Shown: positions 38,364-48,482 of the stretch, piece by piece
Numbering within the stretch: the first letter of the stretch is position 1
How the letters are laid out: the number at the start of each line of letters is the position of its first letter
Assembly (NCBI GenBank): GCA_937132065.1
Contig: CAKZNT010000015.1
Location: 2,094-66,093 of the forward strand
Direction: 5' to 3'
DNA from: an uncultured Loktanella sp.
GTDB taxonomy: Bacteria > Pseudomonadota > Alphaproteobacteria > Rhodobacterales > Rhodobacteraceae
Length of the DNA stretch: 64,000 nt
The notes under the pieces: model-generated
What the model was told of the DNA's origin: nothing
What the model saw: the letters and a program-made list of their open reading frames with translations, nothing else
Database searches by the model: none
Program-made: the position numbers and the translations under genes

Positions 38364-39221
38364 ATGCGTGCATTATTCGGACTGGTTCTCCTTGTTGGCA
38401 TGGGCCTCGCAGGCTTTGCCGTCTATATGGTTCAGGGCTTTGTGAGCGAGCAGGAAATGGCGCTGCAACAAGAACGTGCCAAGGCCGCAGAAACTGTGCC
38501 AACTGTCAAAGTATACGCCCCCAACCGCATGATCGCTTATGGCGAGCCGGTGACGGAGGCCGATATCACCCTGATCGACTACGCAGTGGCCTATGTGCCC
38601 GAAGGGGCGTTCTCCTCTGTGGAAGAATTGTTCCCCGATGGTGTTGATACCCCCCGCTTTGTCTTGCGTCAGATGGAAATGAACGAGCCGATTTTGGCCG
38701 CTAAAGTGACAAGTCCTGGCAAACCTGCGGGCATCACGTCCCTTTTGGAGCGCGGCATGCGTGCCTTTACGATCAAGGTTGACGTGGCCAGCGGTGTTTC
38801 GGGCTTCTTGCGCCCAACCGACCGTGTTGATGTCTATTGGAGCGGCGCAGTGCGCGGCGAGAATGGCCAGACCTTCACCCAGCTGATCAAATCAGCCGTC
38901 GAGATCATCGCGATTGACCAAAGTGCAAACGGCGAAACCAATGGTGCAAACATTGCGCGCACTGTGACTGTGCAAGTCTCCCCTCAGGATGTGGCTGTTC
39001 TTGCGCAAGCCCAGTCAACTGGCGCTCTTTCCCTCTCTTTGGTGGGTGACGGTGACGATACGGTTCTGAGCGAAATTCTTGTTGACCAACGTGCGCTACT
39101 TGGACTTGCAGACGAGCCAGTGGTTGCCCAAATCGAGGCCGCGCCGATGCAGCAATCTTGCTATATCACCACAAACAAAGGCGGTGATCGGGTTCAGGTC
39201 GAGATCCCTTGCACCAACTAA
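38364..39221 (+). CDS. cpaB: Flp pilus assembly protein CpaB/RcpC
   Basis: N-terminal TM, SAF domain, GMRAFTIKVD..SGVSGFLRPTDRVDV. Confidence 0.93.
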   Translation: MRALFGLVLLVGMGLAGFAVYMVQGFVSEQEMALQQERAKAAETVPTVKVYAPNRMIAYGEPVTEADITLIDYAVAYVPEGAFSSVEELFPDGVDTPRFVLRQMEMNEPILAAKVTSPGKPAGITSLLERGMRAFTIKVDVASGVSGFLRPTDRVDVYWSGAVRGENGQTFTQLIKSAVEIIAIDQSANGETNGANIARTVTVQVSPQDVAVLAQAQSTGALSLSLVGDGDDTVLSEILVDQRALLGLADEPVVAQIEAAPMQQSCYITTNKGGDRVQVEIPCTN

Positions 39222-39246
39222 GCCCCTCATAAAATATAGAACTATC

Positions 39247-39277
39247 GGCACGCATCCCTAATGGCTGCGTGCCTTTT
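39247..39277 (+). terminator. Terminator between cpaB and cpaC
   Basis: GGCACGCA...TGCGTGCC-TTTT. Confidence 0.6.
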
Positions 39278-39433
39278 GCATCATTGCCCCCTTGCGCCGC
39301 TGTTACCGATCCACATCACATTTGCGCGGCAACTCATTGATTCTTGCAATAATTGTTGTTTCAGGGCAGGGTCTGGGGAATGCGGGCAAAAAGACCCGAA
39401 ATAAATGAGGCGTGATCGGAGAGGCAGGTCACA

Positions 39434-40861
39434 ATGACATGTACAAAATTTATCAAAGCGGTTGTTGCCAGCTTTGCGTTATCTATAGCCGTGGTTCCAA
39501 ATATCGGGACGGCGGAAAACTTGCGTGTGATGCGCGGATCGCCATCGACTGCACTAAACGTGCCGATGAACCGCGCGGTCGTCGTCGAGAGCGACACGCC
39601 GTTCACCGAGCTTTCGATTGCGAACCCCGGGATTGCGGATATTTCCTCGCTTTCGGATCGCACGATTTACGTGCTTGGCAAGGAACCGGGGCGCACAACG
39701 CTGACACTTCTGGGTGGTGATGGCCGCCTGATCACAAACGTCGAGGTCCACGTGACCCCCGACATTGCAGAATTCAAAGAGCGCATCCAACAAATCCTGC
39801 CCGGCGAGAACATCGAAATCCGCACCGCGAACAACGGTATCGTGCTTTCGGGAACCGTGAGTTCAATCGCACGTCTTGATCGCGCCCTTGAGCTGGCCGA
39901 GCGTTACGCACCTGATCGCGTGTCTAACCTGATGTCCGTTGGCGGCACGCAGCAAGTCATGTTGAAGGTCCGTTTCGCCGAAATGCAGCGGTCTGTCAGC
40001 AAATCATTGTCTTCCTCCATCGCCCTTCAGGGGTCGACATTGGGCGGCAACCTTGGCTTGCAGGCTGGCACGAACTCGACGAACAACTCTGGCGCCATTT
40101 CCAGCACATTGGACGGCGCAACCCCCGCATCAAACGCAAATAACGGCGCGTTCTTGTTCGGCTTTAACGCAGGTGGCGTAGAAGTCGGCATCCTGCTCGA
40201 AGCTTTGGAAGCGCGCGGCGTTGTGCGCACCTTGGCCGAACCGAACCTGACTGCGCTCAGCGGGCAAGAAGCCAAGTTTCTGGCTGGTGGCGAATATCCG
40301 ATCCCTGTTGCACAAGACGGCGGGTCGATCACAATCGAATACAAACCGTTCGGCGTCGAGTTGAACTTTACACCGCGTGTGATCGACAATGACGTCATCA
40401 ACCTTGAGCTTTCCGCGGCTGTGTCCTCGCTGGACCCGACCAACGGCTTTACCGCCAACGGCTTTAATGTTGACGCCTTCAAACGGCGCGAAACATCCAC
40501 CACGGTCGAAATGCGTGACGGCGAAAGCTTTGCGATTGCGGGTCTTTTGCAAGACGACTTCATGGATCTGAACGGGCAAGTGCCTTGGGTTGGTGACATC
40601 CCAATTCTTGGGTCATTGTTCCGCAGTGCCGAGTATTCGCGCAAGCAAACCGAGCTAGTCATCATCGTGACGCCACATCTTGTGACGCCGACACGTGGCG
40701 AAGTTCTTGCATTGCCAACCGACCGTGTGCAGCCCCCGACCGAGCGTGATTTGTTCCTCTTTGGACGTGTCACCGCCGATAAGGCGCCGCAAACTGGCGG
40801 CGCTGGTGAAGTTGCGCGCCAGGACTTTAGCGGCTCATATGGCTATGTGCTGGACGATTGA
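39434..40861 (+). CDS. cpaC: Secretin CpaC/RcpA with BON domain
   Basis: QVMLKVRFAE, EPNL.ALSG..A.FLAGGEYP, GDIPILGSLFRS, ELVIIVTP. Confidence 0.94.
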   Translation: MTCTKFIKAVVASFALSIAVVPNIGTAENLRVMRGSPSTALNVPMNRAVVVESDTPFTELSIANPGIADISSLSDRTIYVLGKEPGRTTLTLLGGDGRLITNVEVHVTPDIAEFKERIQQILPGENIEIRTANNGIVLSGTVSSIARLDRALELAERYAPDRVSNLMSVGGTQQVMLKVRFAEMQRSVSKSLSSSIALQGSTLGGNLGLQAGTNSTNNSGAISSTLDGATPASNANNGAFLFGFNAGGVEVGILLEALEARGVVRTLAEPNLTALSGQEAKFLAGGEYPIPVAQDGGSITIEYKPFGVELNFTPRVIDNDVINLELSAAVSSLDPTNGFTANGFNVDAFKRRETSTTVEMRDGESFAIAGLLQDDFMDLNGQVPWVGDIPILGSLFRSAEYSRKQTELVIIVTPHLVTPTRGEVLALPTDRVQPPTERDLFLFGRVTADKAPQTGGAGEVARQDFSGSYGYVLDD

Positions 40862-40876
40862 TAGGAAGTTAGGCTG

Positions 40877-41518
40877 ATGAAAAATATTCTGACAGTGACT
40901 GCCGCTTGTGTCGTCTTGAGCGCATGTGCCCAAGACAACTCCTTGCGCACAGGTTTTAACAGCGCGGCGGGCTCCCAGCTTGATACGGGTAACTTTGGCG
41001 CAGCGACCATGAACAATTCGCTCATCCAGTCGGGTGATGCGGATTACACCATCAATCTCGCGCGCCGGTTTGCACAAGAGGTGAACTCGACAGTCACCTT
41101 CCCGTTCAATTCCACAGCACTAGACGAGGCTGCCCGTGCGACCCTGCGCAAGCAGGCAACATGGATCAAGCAGTTCCCTGAGGTGCGCTTTAAGGTGTTT
41201 GGCCACACCGATCTGGTTGGCTCGCAATCCTATAACCGCCGTCTTGGCCTGAAACGTGCAGAAGCGGTTGTGCTTTACCTCACAAGTCAGGGGATTAGCC
41301 GGTCGCGCCTTGAGGCCGTTGTTTCGTTTGGTGAAACGCAGCCGCTGATCGTCACCGAAGGTATGGAGCGTCGGAACCGGCGCACCGTAACAGAGGTCTC
41401 GGGCTTCGTGCAAAATCACCCGATGGTGTTGAACGGTAAATACGCCGAAGTGATCTTTCGCGAGTATATTGGCGCAGCCGATGCACCCGCAACAGTGACC
41501 GCGGCAGACGGTTCCTAA
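40877..41518 (+). CDS. OmpA-family lipoprotein in the Tad locus
   Basis: LSAC lipobox, GHTDLVGS..YN..LG..RA, RNRR peptidoglycan-binding motif. Confidence 0.88.
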   Translation: MKNILTVTAACVVLSACAQDNSLRTGFNSAAGSQLDTGNFGAATMNNSLIQSGDADYTINLARRFAQEVNSTVTFPFNSTALDEAARATLRKQATWIKQFPEVRFKVFGHTDLVGSQSYNRRLGLKRAEAVVLYLTSQGISRSRLEAVVSFGETQPLIVTEGMERRNRRTVTEVSGFVQNHPMVLNGKYAEVIFREYIGAADAPATVTAADGS

Positions 41519-41764
41519 CCGCAAAAAACAGAGTTCACGCGTATCAAATGCGTGAACAACCCCGCCGAAATGCCGCTATCGTCGCGAATGGCCAAACAAT
41601 TAAGCTAGTTTTGCCCAAGTCTCGACAACATTGCCCCCCACAAACAGTCCAAAGGGTTAACCACGAATGCCGAGTCGGCGCGCGTGTGAGGCTATTAGGC
41701 GGCGTTGACGTGATTTTCACGCATCCCGTTTAAACAATGCCTGCGACCCATAAACAAAGGACGT

Positions 41765-43015
41765 ATGGTGATGAGCAACGCAGTTTTGAAATCAGATGCA
41801 CAGTCGATCGTGGCGTGCACCATCAGCCGGGATGTGCAGATCTTTGATCTTCTGATCGAGGACATGGAAACCGCACTTGGTGAGAATTGGGGCGACCTTT
41901 CCTTTGAGGATGCGGCGGCCTATTTGCAGCAACCAGAGGCATCAGGTCTCCAGTTTGTGACCATCGCAATGGATCACGAGGATGAAGACAACCTCGATCA
42001 AATCGCCAATGTCATTGCCGTTGCAAAAGCGCACGACATCAAGGTCATCCTGATCACCGAAGACGTCAGCCCCGCGTCCTTGCACAAGCTGCTGCGCGAA
42101 GGCGGCGACGAGTTTATCCCCTACCCGCTTCCCGAGCAGGAACTGGCGAATGCGATCGAGCGCGTTCTGACGCCGCCAGAGCAGACCCCGGTTGCAACTG
42201 ATAACGAGCCAAAGCTCAAGGCGACGGGCACACACAACGGCGTTGTCATCCCTGTTCAGGGCATGGCGGGCGGCACAGGTGCAACCACATTCGCAGTCAA
42301 CCTCGCTTGGGAGCTGGCGAACGTCAGCAAATCCGAAAACCCGCGTGTTTGCCTGATCGATCTCGATTTGCAGTTCGGGACGGTTTCAACCTACCTCGAC
42401 CTGCCACGGCGCGAAACGGTGCTCGAACTCTTGAGCGATACCGAGGCGATGGACAGCGAGGCCTTCATGCACGCCCTTTTGTCGTATGAACAAAAGGTGC
42501 ATGTCCTGACCGCCCCGACCGACATGATCCCGCTCGATATGATCACCGCAGAGGACATTGATCGCGTTATTGAAACCGCGCGGGCCAACTTTGATTACGT
42601 CATCATCGACATGCCATCAACGATGGTTGAATGGTCGCAGTCCGTGCTCGAGGCCGCGCATGTCTACTTTGCAATGATCGAACTCGATATGCGCTGTGCG
42701 CAAAACACGCTGCGCCTCAAGCGCGCGCTGCAATCAGAGGATCTTCCCTTTGAAAAGCTGCGCTTTGTGCTCAACCGCGCGCCCGGGTTTACCGACCTAA
42801 GTGGCAAGAGCCGTGTGAAACGACTGGCCGACAGCCTTGGCATCGCCATCGAAGTGATGATGCCCGATGGCGGCAAACCAGTGGCACAAACCAACGATCA
42901 CGGCGCACCGCTTGCTGTATCGCTGCCTAAAAACGCATTGCGCAAAGAGATCGCGAAGCTCGCGAAATCTGTGCACGAGGTCAATCAATCCGAAGAAGCC
43001 GCCGTTCAGGGCTAA
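41765..43015 (+). CDS. cpaE: CpaE/TadZ (receiver-like plus MinD-like ATPase)
   Basis: GMAGGTGATT deviant Walker A, LIDLDLQFG, DYVIIDMP. Confidence 0.9.
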   Translation: MVMSNAVLKSDAQSIVACTISRDVQIFDLLIEDMETALGENWGDLSFEDAAAYLQQPEASGLQFVTIAMDHEDEDNLDQIANVIAVAKAHDIKVILITEDVSPASLHKLLREGGDEFIPYPLPEQELANAIERVLTPPEQTPVATDNEPKLKATGTHNGVVIPVQGMAGGTGATTFAVNLAWELANVSKSENPRVCLIDLDLQFGTVSTYLDLPRRETVLELLSDTEAMDSEAFMHALLSYEQKVHVLTAPTDMIPLDMITAEDIDRVIETARANFDYVIIDMPSTMVEWSQSVLEAAHVYFAMIELDMRCAQNTLRLKRALQSEDLPFEKLRFVLNRAPGFTDLSGKSRVKRLADSLGIAIEVMMPDGGKPVAQTNDHGAPLAVSLPKNALRKEIAKLAKSVHEVNQSEEAAVQG

Positions 43016-43026
43016 GGAATTAAACC

Positions 43027-44469
43027 ATGTTTTCGAAATACAAAAAAACTGGTGACGCAGCACCTAAAGCAAGCGCAAAACCGGCACTGGTCGCCACCCC
43101 CGCGGCGGCCCCCGCCGAGCCAGCACGCCAATCATTGATGCGCGCGCGCGCCAAGCCACATGCAGAGGCCGCGCCGCAAGACAAAGAAAAGCGGCGCAAG
43201 GAACGGCTGGGCGATATCAAACTCGAGCTGCACAAAGCCCTGCTCGACAACCTGAACCTTGCCGCGCTTGAAACCGCGTCAGAGGCAGACTTGCGCGCCG
43301 AGATCAACGCGATCGCACAAGAATCCCTTGAGGAACTCGGGATTGTTCTGAACCGCGAAGAGCGCCAGTCACTTAGTCAGGACTTGTTCTTTGAGGTGAC
43401 GGGTCTTGGCCCGCTCGAAGTGCTTCTCAAGGATGAGACCGTCAACGATATTCTGGTGAACGGGCCGCAACAAATCTTTGTGGAACGCGATGGTAAACTG
43501 CAACTGACGGACGTGACCTTTAAGGATGAAAAGCACCTGTTGCGGATCATCGACAAGATCGTGTCGGCTGTTGGTCGCCGTGTTGACGAAAGCAACCCTT
43601 ATGTCGATGCGCGCTTGGCAGACGGCTCGCGTTTCAACGCGATGGTCGGGCCGATTGCGGTGGACGGTAGCCTCGTTTCCATTCGTAAATTCAAGAAAGA
43701 AAAGCTCGGCATCGACGAGCTGGTCAAATTCGGCGCATTCACCGAAGAAATGGCCGCCTACCTTCAGGCCGCCGTTGCCTGCCGCCTCAATGTGATCGTG
43801 TCAGGTGGTACGGGTTCCGGTAAAACGACAACTCTCAACGCGCTGTCTTCGTTTATTGATGACGATGAACGCATCCTCACAATCGAGGATACGGCCGAAC
43901 TCCAGCTGCAACAAACGCACGTTGGCCGGATGGAAAGCCGCCCGCCGAACGTCGAGGGTAAGGGCGCTGTTTCTCAACGCGATTGTCTGAAAAACGCGCT
44001 GCGTATGCGCCCCGACCGCATCATCGTGGGTGAGACGCGCGGCGAAGAAGTTATCGACATGCTGCAAGCGATGAACACGGGTCACGACGGATCAATGACC
44101 ACAATCCACGCCAACTCGGCGCGCGATGGTGTGTCCCGTCTTGAAAACATGATCGCGATGGCCGGGATCGAGATGCCGATCAAGGCGATGCGCAGCCAGA
44201 TTTCCTCGGCTGTGAACCTGATCGTGCAAGCCTCGCGTTTGCAAGATGGCTCGCGCCGCATGACCTCCATCACCGAAATCACGGGCATGGAAGGCGAGGT
44301 GATCTCTATGCAAGAGGTGTTCCGCTACCAGCGCGTTGGCCTGACACCTGACAACAAAATCATTGGCCACTTCACCGCAACTGGTGTGCGTAGCCACTAT
44401 TCAGATCGCTTTAAGTTGTGGGGCTATGACCTGCCGCCACAAATCTTTGAACCTATGGTCGCGGAGTAA
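43027..44469 (+). CDS. cpaF: Pilus assembly ATPase CpaF/TadA
   Basis: [43 protein letters not shown]. Confidence 0.96.
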   Translation: MFSKYKKTGDAAPKASAKPALVATPAAAPAEPARQSLMRARAKPHAEAAPQDKEKRRKERLGDIKLELHKALLDNLNLAALETASEADLRAEINAIAQESLEELGIVLNREERQSLSQDLFFEVTGLGPLEVLLKDETVNDILVNGPQQIFVERDGKLQLTDVTFKDEKHLLRIIDKIVSAVGRRVDESNPYVDARLADGSRFNAMVGPIAVDGSLVSIRKFKKEKLGIDELVKFGAFTEEMAAYLQAAVACRLNVIVSGGTGSGKTTTLNALSSFIDDDERILTIEDTAELQLQQTHVGRMESRPPNVEGKGAVSQRDCLKNALRMRPDRIIVGETRGEEVIDMLQAMNTGHDGSMTTIHANSARDGVSRLENMIAMAGIEMPIKAMRSQISSAVNLIVQASRLQDGSRRMTSITEITGMEGEVISMQEVFRYQRVGLTPDNKIIGHFTATGVRSHYSDRFKLWGYDLPPQIFEPMVAE

Positions 44470-44475
44470 AACATC

Positions 44476-45441
44476 ATGGTTTCTGCAGCGCCTATTATTT
44501 ATATCGTCATCTTCATCGCCGTTCTGGCGATTGTGCAGGGCGCGTATCTCGTTATTTTTGGCAAATCCATTTCGATGGATGGCAAGGTAAACCGACGCCT
44601 TGACCTGCTCGAAAAAGGGGGCGGTCGCGAACAGGTGCTGGAACAACTCCGCAAGGAAATGACCCAGCATATGAAATCGCAAAGCATCCCGCTTTACTCG
44701 ATTTTGGCGTCCAAAGCCCAGAAAGCGAATATCGCTTTCACACCCGCACAGCTCATTATGATCATGTGCGTGGTCAGCGTTATGGCCTTTGTTGGCCTCA
44801 CTGTTGGCACAGGCGTTGGCACACAAGTGCGTATCGTGCTCGCCATTTTGATGGGTGTCGGCGGCGTGTTTGTCTGGATCAACGGCAAGGCGAAAAAGCG
44901 GATGGCGATGATCGAAGAGCAGCTGCCGGAAGCTATCGAATTGATGGTGCGCTCGCTGCGCGTGGGTCACCCGTTTAGCTCTGCCATTTCCATCGTCGCC
45001 AATGAGGTCGCCGATCCGCTTGGCACGGAAATGGGCGTCATCTCGGACGAGGCCGCCTATGGGCGCGATGTCGGCGAATGCCTTAAGGCGATGGCCGAGC
45101 GGCTTGATATGCAAGACATGCGCTTCCTCGCGGTTGCCGTGACAATTCAACAGACCTCTGGTGGTAACCTCGCCGAAATCCTTGATGGATTGGCCAAGGT
45201 GATCCGGTCACGCTTCCGTCTGTTCCGGCGCGTGGCTGCGATTACTGCCGAGGCGAAGTGGTCTGGCAAGTTGCTCTCGGGCTTCCCGATTGTTGCGATG
45301 ATCGCCGTGAATGTCGTCGAGCCAACCTATTTTGACGAGGTCATGGAAGCCCCCGTCTTTATTCCTGCCTGTCTCGTTGTTGCGGGTCTGCTGATTGCAA
45401 ACCTGTTCGTGATGCGCGCCCTCGTGAACATCAAAGTGTAA
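44476..45441 (+). CDS. tadB: Inner-membrane platform TadB
   Basis: QLPEAIELMVRSLRVGH, QTSGGNLAEIL. Confidence 0.92.
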   Translation: MVSAAPIIYIVIFIAVLAIVQGAYLVIFGKSISMDGKVNRRLDLLEKGGGREQVLEQLRKEMTQHMKSQSIPLYSILASKAQKANIAFTPAQLIMIMCVVSVMAFVGLTVGTGVGTQVRIVLAILMGVGGVFVWINGKAKKRMAMIEEQLPEAIELMVRSLRVGHPFSSAISIVANEVADPLGTEMGVISDEAAYGRDVGECLKAMAERLDMQDMRFLAVAVTIQQTSGGNLAEILDGLAKVIRSRFRLFRRVAAITAEAKWSGKLLSGFPIVAMIAVNVVEPTYFDEVMEAPVFIPACLVVAGLLIANLFVMRALVNIKV

Positions 45442-45453
45442 GGGACCAGATCA

Positions 45454-46404
45454 ATGCAAAAGCTGAACACCATGATCGTCGACCTGCTGGGGCCATTTGG
45501 TCCGCTGATGCTCGTCGGGATGCTCGGGGTCTTTATGATCCTGATCGCTCTGCCCTCTTTTATGAAAAACGACGATGATCCGCTTGATCGCCTTAAGGCG
45601 GCCCCGCGCAAAGAGATCAAGAAAGGCGAGAAACTGCGTCAGGCGCAGAGCAACGATAAGCTCGACAAATACGCCAACTTTCTTGAGCCGCAAGATGACG
45701 AGGAATACTCGGCTGTTAAGCTCAAGCTTGTGCAAGCGGGTTACCAATCCAAGAATGCCGTGCGCTTCTACTACTTCGCGCAGTTTACACTGGGGATCAT
45801 CGGTCTGGTGCTTGGCGGGTTCTATGCCTTCATCAAGATGCAGCAAGGTGACGTGACCACGCAAAACCTGATCATGATGATCCTTGTGCCTGCGGGTTCT
45901 GGTTATTTTGGTCCGAAATACTGGGTCACACGCCGTCAGGCGATGCGCCAGGAAGCGATTACCAACGGTTTTCCCGACAGCCTCGACATGATGCTCGTTT
46001 GCGTCGAAGCGGGTCAATCCCTCGACCAGTCCATCATCCGCGTTTCGCGCGAACTGAAATCGGGCTTTCCTGATCTGGCGAGCGAGTTTGAAATCGTCAG
46101 CCACGAAATGAAGGCGGGTAAAGATAAAGGCTCTGTTCTCAAAGACATGTCCGAGCGTTGCGGCGTGCAAGACATCAAGAGCTTTGTGACCGTGCTTGTG
46201 CAGTCGCAACAGTTTGGCACATCGATCGCTGACGCCCTGCGGGTCTATGCTGCGGAAATGCGTGACAAAAGAGTCATGCGCGCCGAAGAAGCGGCCAACA
46301 AACTGCCAACAAAGATGACTTTGGCCACGATGATGTTGACGGTTCCGCCGCTTCTGATCATCTTGATCGGACCGTCAGCATACGCGATTTCGCAAAACCT
46401 CTGA
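45454..46404 (+). CDS. tadC: Inner-membrane platform TadC
   Basis: FPDSLDMMLVCVEAG, QFGTSIADALR, AEEAANKLPTKM. Confidence 0.92.
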   Translation: MQKLNTMIVDLLGPFGPLMLVGMLGVFMILIALPSFMKNDDDPLDRLKAAPRKEIKKGEKLRQAQSNDKLDKYANFLEPQDDEEYSAVKLKLVQAGYQSKNAVRFYYFAQFTLGIIGLVLGGFYAFIKMQQGDVTTQNLIMMILVPAGSGYFGPKYWVTRRQAMRQEAITNGFPDSLDMMLVCVEAGQSLDQSIIRVSRELKSGFPDLASEFEIVSHEMKAGKDKGSVLKDMSERCGVQDIKSFVTVLVQSQQFGTSIADALRVYAAEMRDKRVMRAEEAANKLPTKMTLATMMLTVPPLLIILIGPSAYAISQNL

Positions 46405-46423
46405 CGGTGTAAGGAAACTGTCG

Positions 46424-46981
46424 ATGTTGCATAAAAGGGCGCTTTGTCTCTTTGCCCTCATGACCCTTGCCGCCTGTTCTTCGGGCGGCTTTGGGCAATC
46501 CAATGACCCGATGTTCGCGCCCAGTGTTGCGGGCGCATCGGATATTGACGGGCTGCTTGTCGGTCATCGGTTGATGGCTGCGGGCGAGCATGAATTGGCC
46601 CTCAAGGCCTATACACGCGCCGCCGCCCAACAAGGATTGAACGTCGATACGCTTTCTGCGCTTGGCTCTGCGAACCTGCGGCTCGGGCGGCTTGGTCAGG
46701 CAGAACGGCTCTTGCGGCGGGCCACAAAACTCGACCCCACCTTCCCTGCGGCGTGGAACAATCTAGGCGTCATCCTCATGGAACAGCGCAAATATGGCGA
46801 AGCGGCGCAGATTTTTCGTCGCGCGTTTGCAACGGATAACGGAAATTCCGACCAGATCCGCGAGAACCTGAGGATATCACTCGCTCTGGTCGAAGATCCA
46901 TTCTACGATAATTCTCAAAACGAAGACGTAAAATTGGTGCGGCGGGGAACTGGCGATTTTGTCATCCTGACTGCACTTTGA
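46424..46981 (+). CDS. TPR lipoprotein (TadD-like) 1
   Basis: LAAC lipobox; TPR repeats (AWNNLG). Confidence 0.8.
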   Translation: MLHKRALCLFALMTLAACSSGGFGQSNDPMFAPSVAGASDIDGLLVGHRLMAAGEHELALKAYTRAAAQQGLNVDTLSALGSANLRLGRLGQAERLLRRATKLDPTFPAAWNNLGVILMEQRKYGEAAQIFRRAFATDNGNSDQIRENLRISLALVEDPFYDNSQNEDVKLVRRGTGDFVILTAL

Positions 46982-47008
46982 GAATTGAGCAGTAAAGGAC
47001 GCAGAAAA

Positions 47009-47866
47009 ATGCGCCACCCTATTAGTCTTACGCTGGCTGCGGTTGCAGCCATTGGTCTTGCCGGTTGTGATCAATCCGGAGAGGCGCAAGTCGAGCGCGC
47101 TCTGGAAGATATGAATGTCGTGGACGAGACAAACCTCAATGACGTGATGCTGACAATCGGCGATCCAGACGAGGCCGTGAACTATTTTGCAGGGGCAAAC
47201 ACCAATGATCCGGGCCGCATTGATCTGCAACGCGGATTGGCGAAATCCCTCATTCGTGCGGGGCGCGCGGCGGACGCTGTGACCGCATGGCAGGTCGTGA
47301 CCAAACACGCCGAGGCCAATGACGACGACAGTGTTGAACTCGCAGATGCCTATATTCGCACCAACAAGTGGGATGATGCAGCCGCCACGCTCAACCTGAT
47401 CCCCCCGACCCATGAAACCTATAAGCGTTACCGCCTTGAGGCCATGGTTGCCGACAGCAAGCAGCAGTGGGACAAGGCCGACAGCTTTTATCAAACCGCG
47501 GCGGGGCTGACGACGACCCCCGCTGGCGTGCTTAACAACTGGGGCTACTCCAAGTTGACGCGCGGCAAATATTCCGAGGCCGAGCGCCTGTTTAGCGATG
47601 CTCTGCGCCATGACACTGGCATGTTCACCGCCAAGAACAACCTTGTTCTCGCACGCGGGGCACAGCGCAAATACGATCTGCCCGTGATCCCGATGTCGCA
47701 AATCGAACGGGCGCAACTGCTCTATACACTCGCGTTGACGGCGATCAAGCAAAACGACGTGACAATCGGCAAAGGCCTACTGCGCGAGGCAATCGACACG
47801 CATCCGCAGCACTTTGACGAGGCAAACCGCTCGCTGCGTGCCCTCGAAGACAATGTGACGAACTAG
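47009..47866 (+). CDS. TPR lipoprotein (TadD-like) 2
   Basis: LAGC lipobox; TPR repeats (LNNWG, AKNNL). Confidence 0.8.
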   Translation: MRHPISLTLAAVAAIGLAGCDQSGEAQVERALEDMNVVDETNLNDVMLTIGDPDEAVNYFAGANTNDPGRIDLQRGLAKSLIRAGRAADAVTAWQVVTKHAEANDDDSVELADAYIRTNKWDDAAATLNLIPPTHETYKRYRLEAMVADSKQQWDKADSFYQTAAGLTTTPAGVLNNWGYSKLTRGKYSEAERLFSDALRHDTGMFTAKNNLVLARGAQRKYDLPVIPMSQIERAQLLYTLALTAIKQNDVTIGKGLLREAIDTHPQHFDEANRSLRALEDNVTN

Positions 47867-48367
47867 ATGTTTGTGCTGCCTGCATCTGCCGCTGCGTGGC
47901 TCTTGATTGCCGCGTTGCCGATCTCGATATTTGTCGCGTGGAACGATATGCGCGCCATGAAAATCCCCAATGTCGCTGTTGGCGCCTTGGTGATTGGCTT
48001 CGCCGTGCTCGGGCTTATCGCTTTTCCGTTTAGCCAATACCTGTGGCAGTGGTCGCACCTGATCGTGGTGCTTGTGATTGGCTTTGTGCTCAATGTCCTA
48101 GGTGTTTTTGGTGCGGGTGATGCCAAATTTGCTGCCGCAGCTGCGCCATTTGTGATGCTTGGCGACCTTGATTTGCTAGGATGGATCTTTATTGCTTGCG
48201 TGCTTGCGGGCTACGTGACGCACCGTATTGCCAAACATAGCCCCCTGCGCCGCCTTGTCCCCGACTGGGAAAGCTGGACGTCAGGGCGACGGTTTCCAAT
48301 GGGGCTGCCCTTGGGAATGACGCTTGTGACCTACTTGTTTTTGGCGGCAACCCAGTCACCCGTTTGA
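47867..48367 (+). CDS. cpaA: Prepilin peptidase CpaA/TadV (A24)
   Basis: D....KIPN and GAGDAK aspartates, FPMG. Confidence 0.9.
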   Translation: MFVLPASAAAWLLIAALPISIFVAWNDMRAMKIPNVAVGALVIGFAVLGLIAFPFSQYLWQWSHLIVVLVIGFVLNVLGVFGAGDAKFAAAAAPFVMLGDLDLLGWIFIACVLAGYVTHRIAKHSPLRRLVPDWESWTSGRRFPMGLPLGMTLVTYLFLAATQSPV

Positions 48368-48482
48368 TCAACAATGCCTTGAAACCTCGCGGCTTTGTCC
48401 ATCATTTAGCCATAAAGTTCGCTGATAAACTGCTGTAACGCCGCCCCGATTGCGGCCAGAAACAACAGTCAGGCGAGACACG

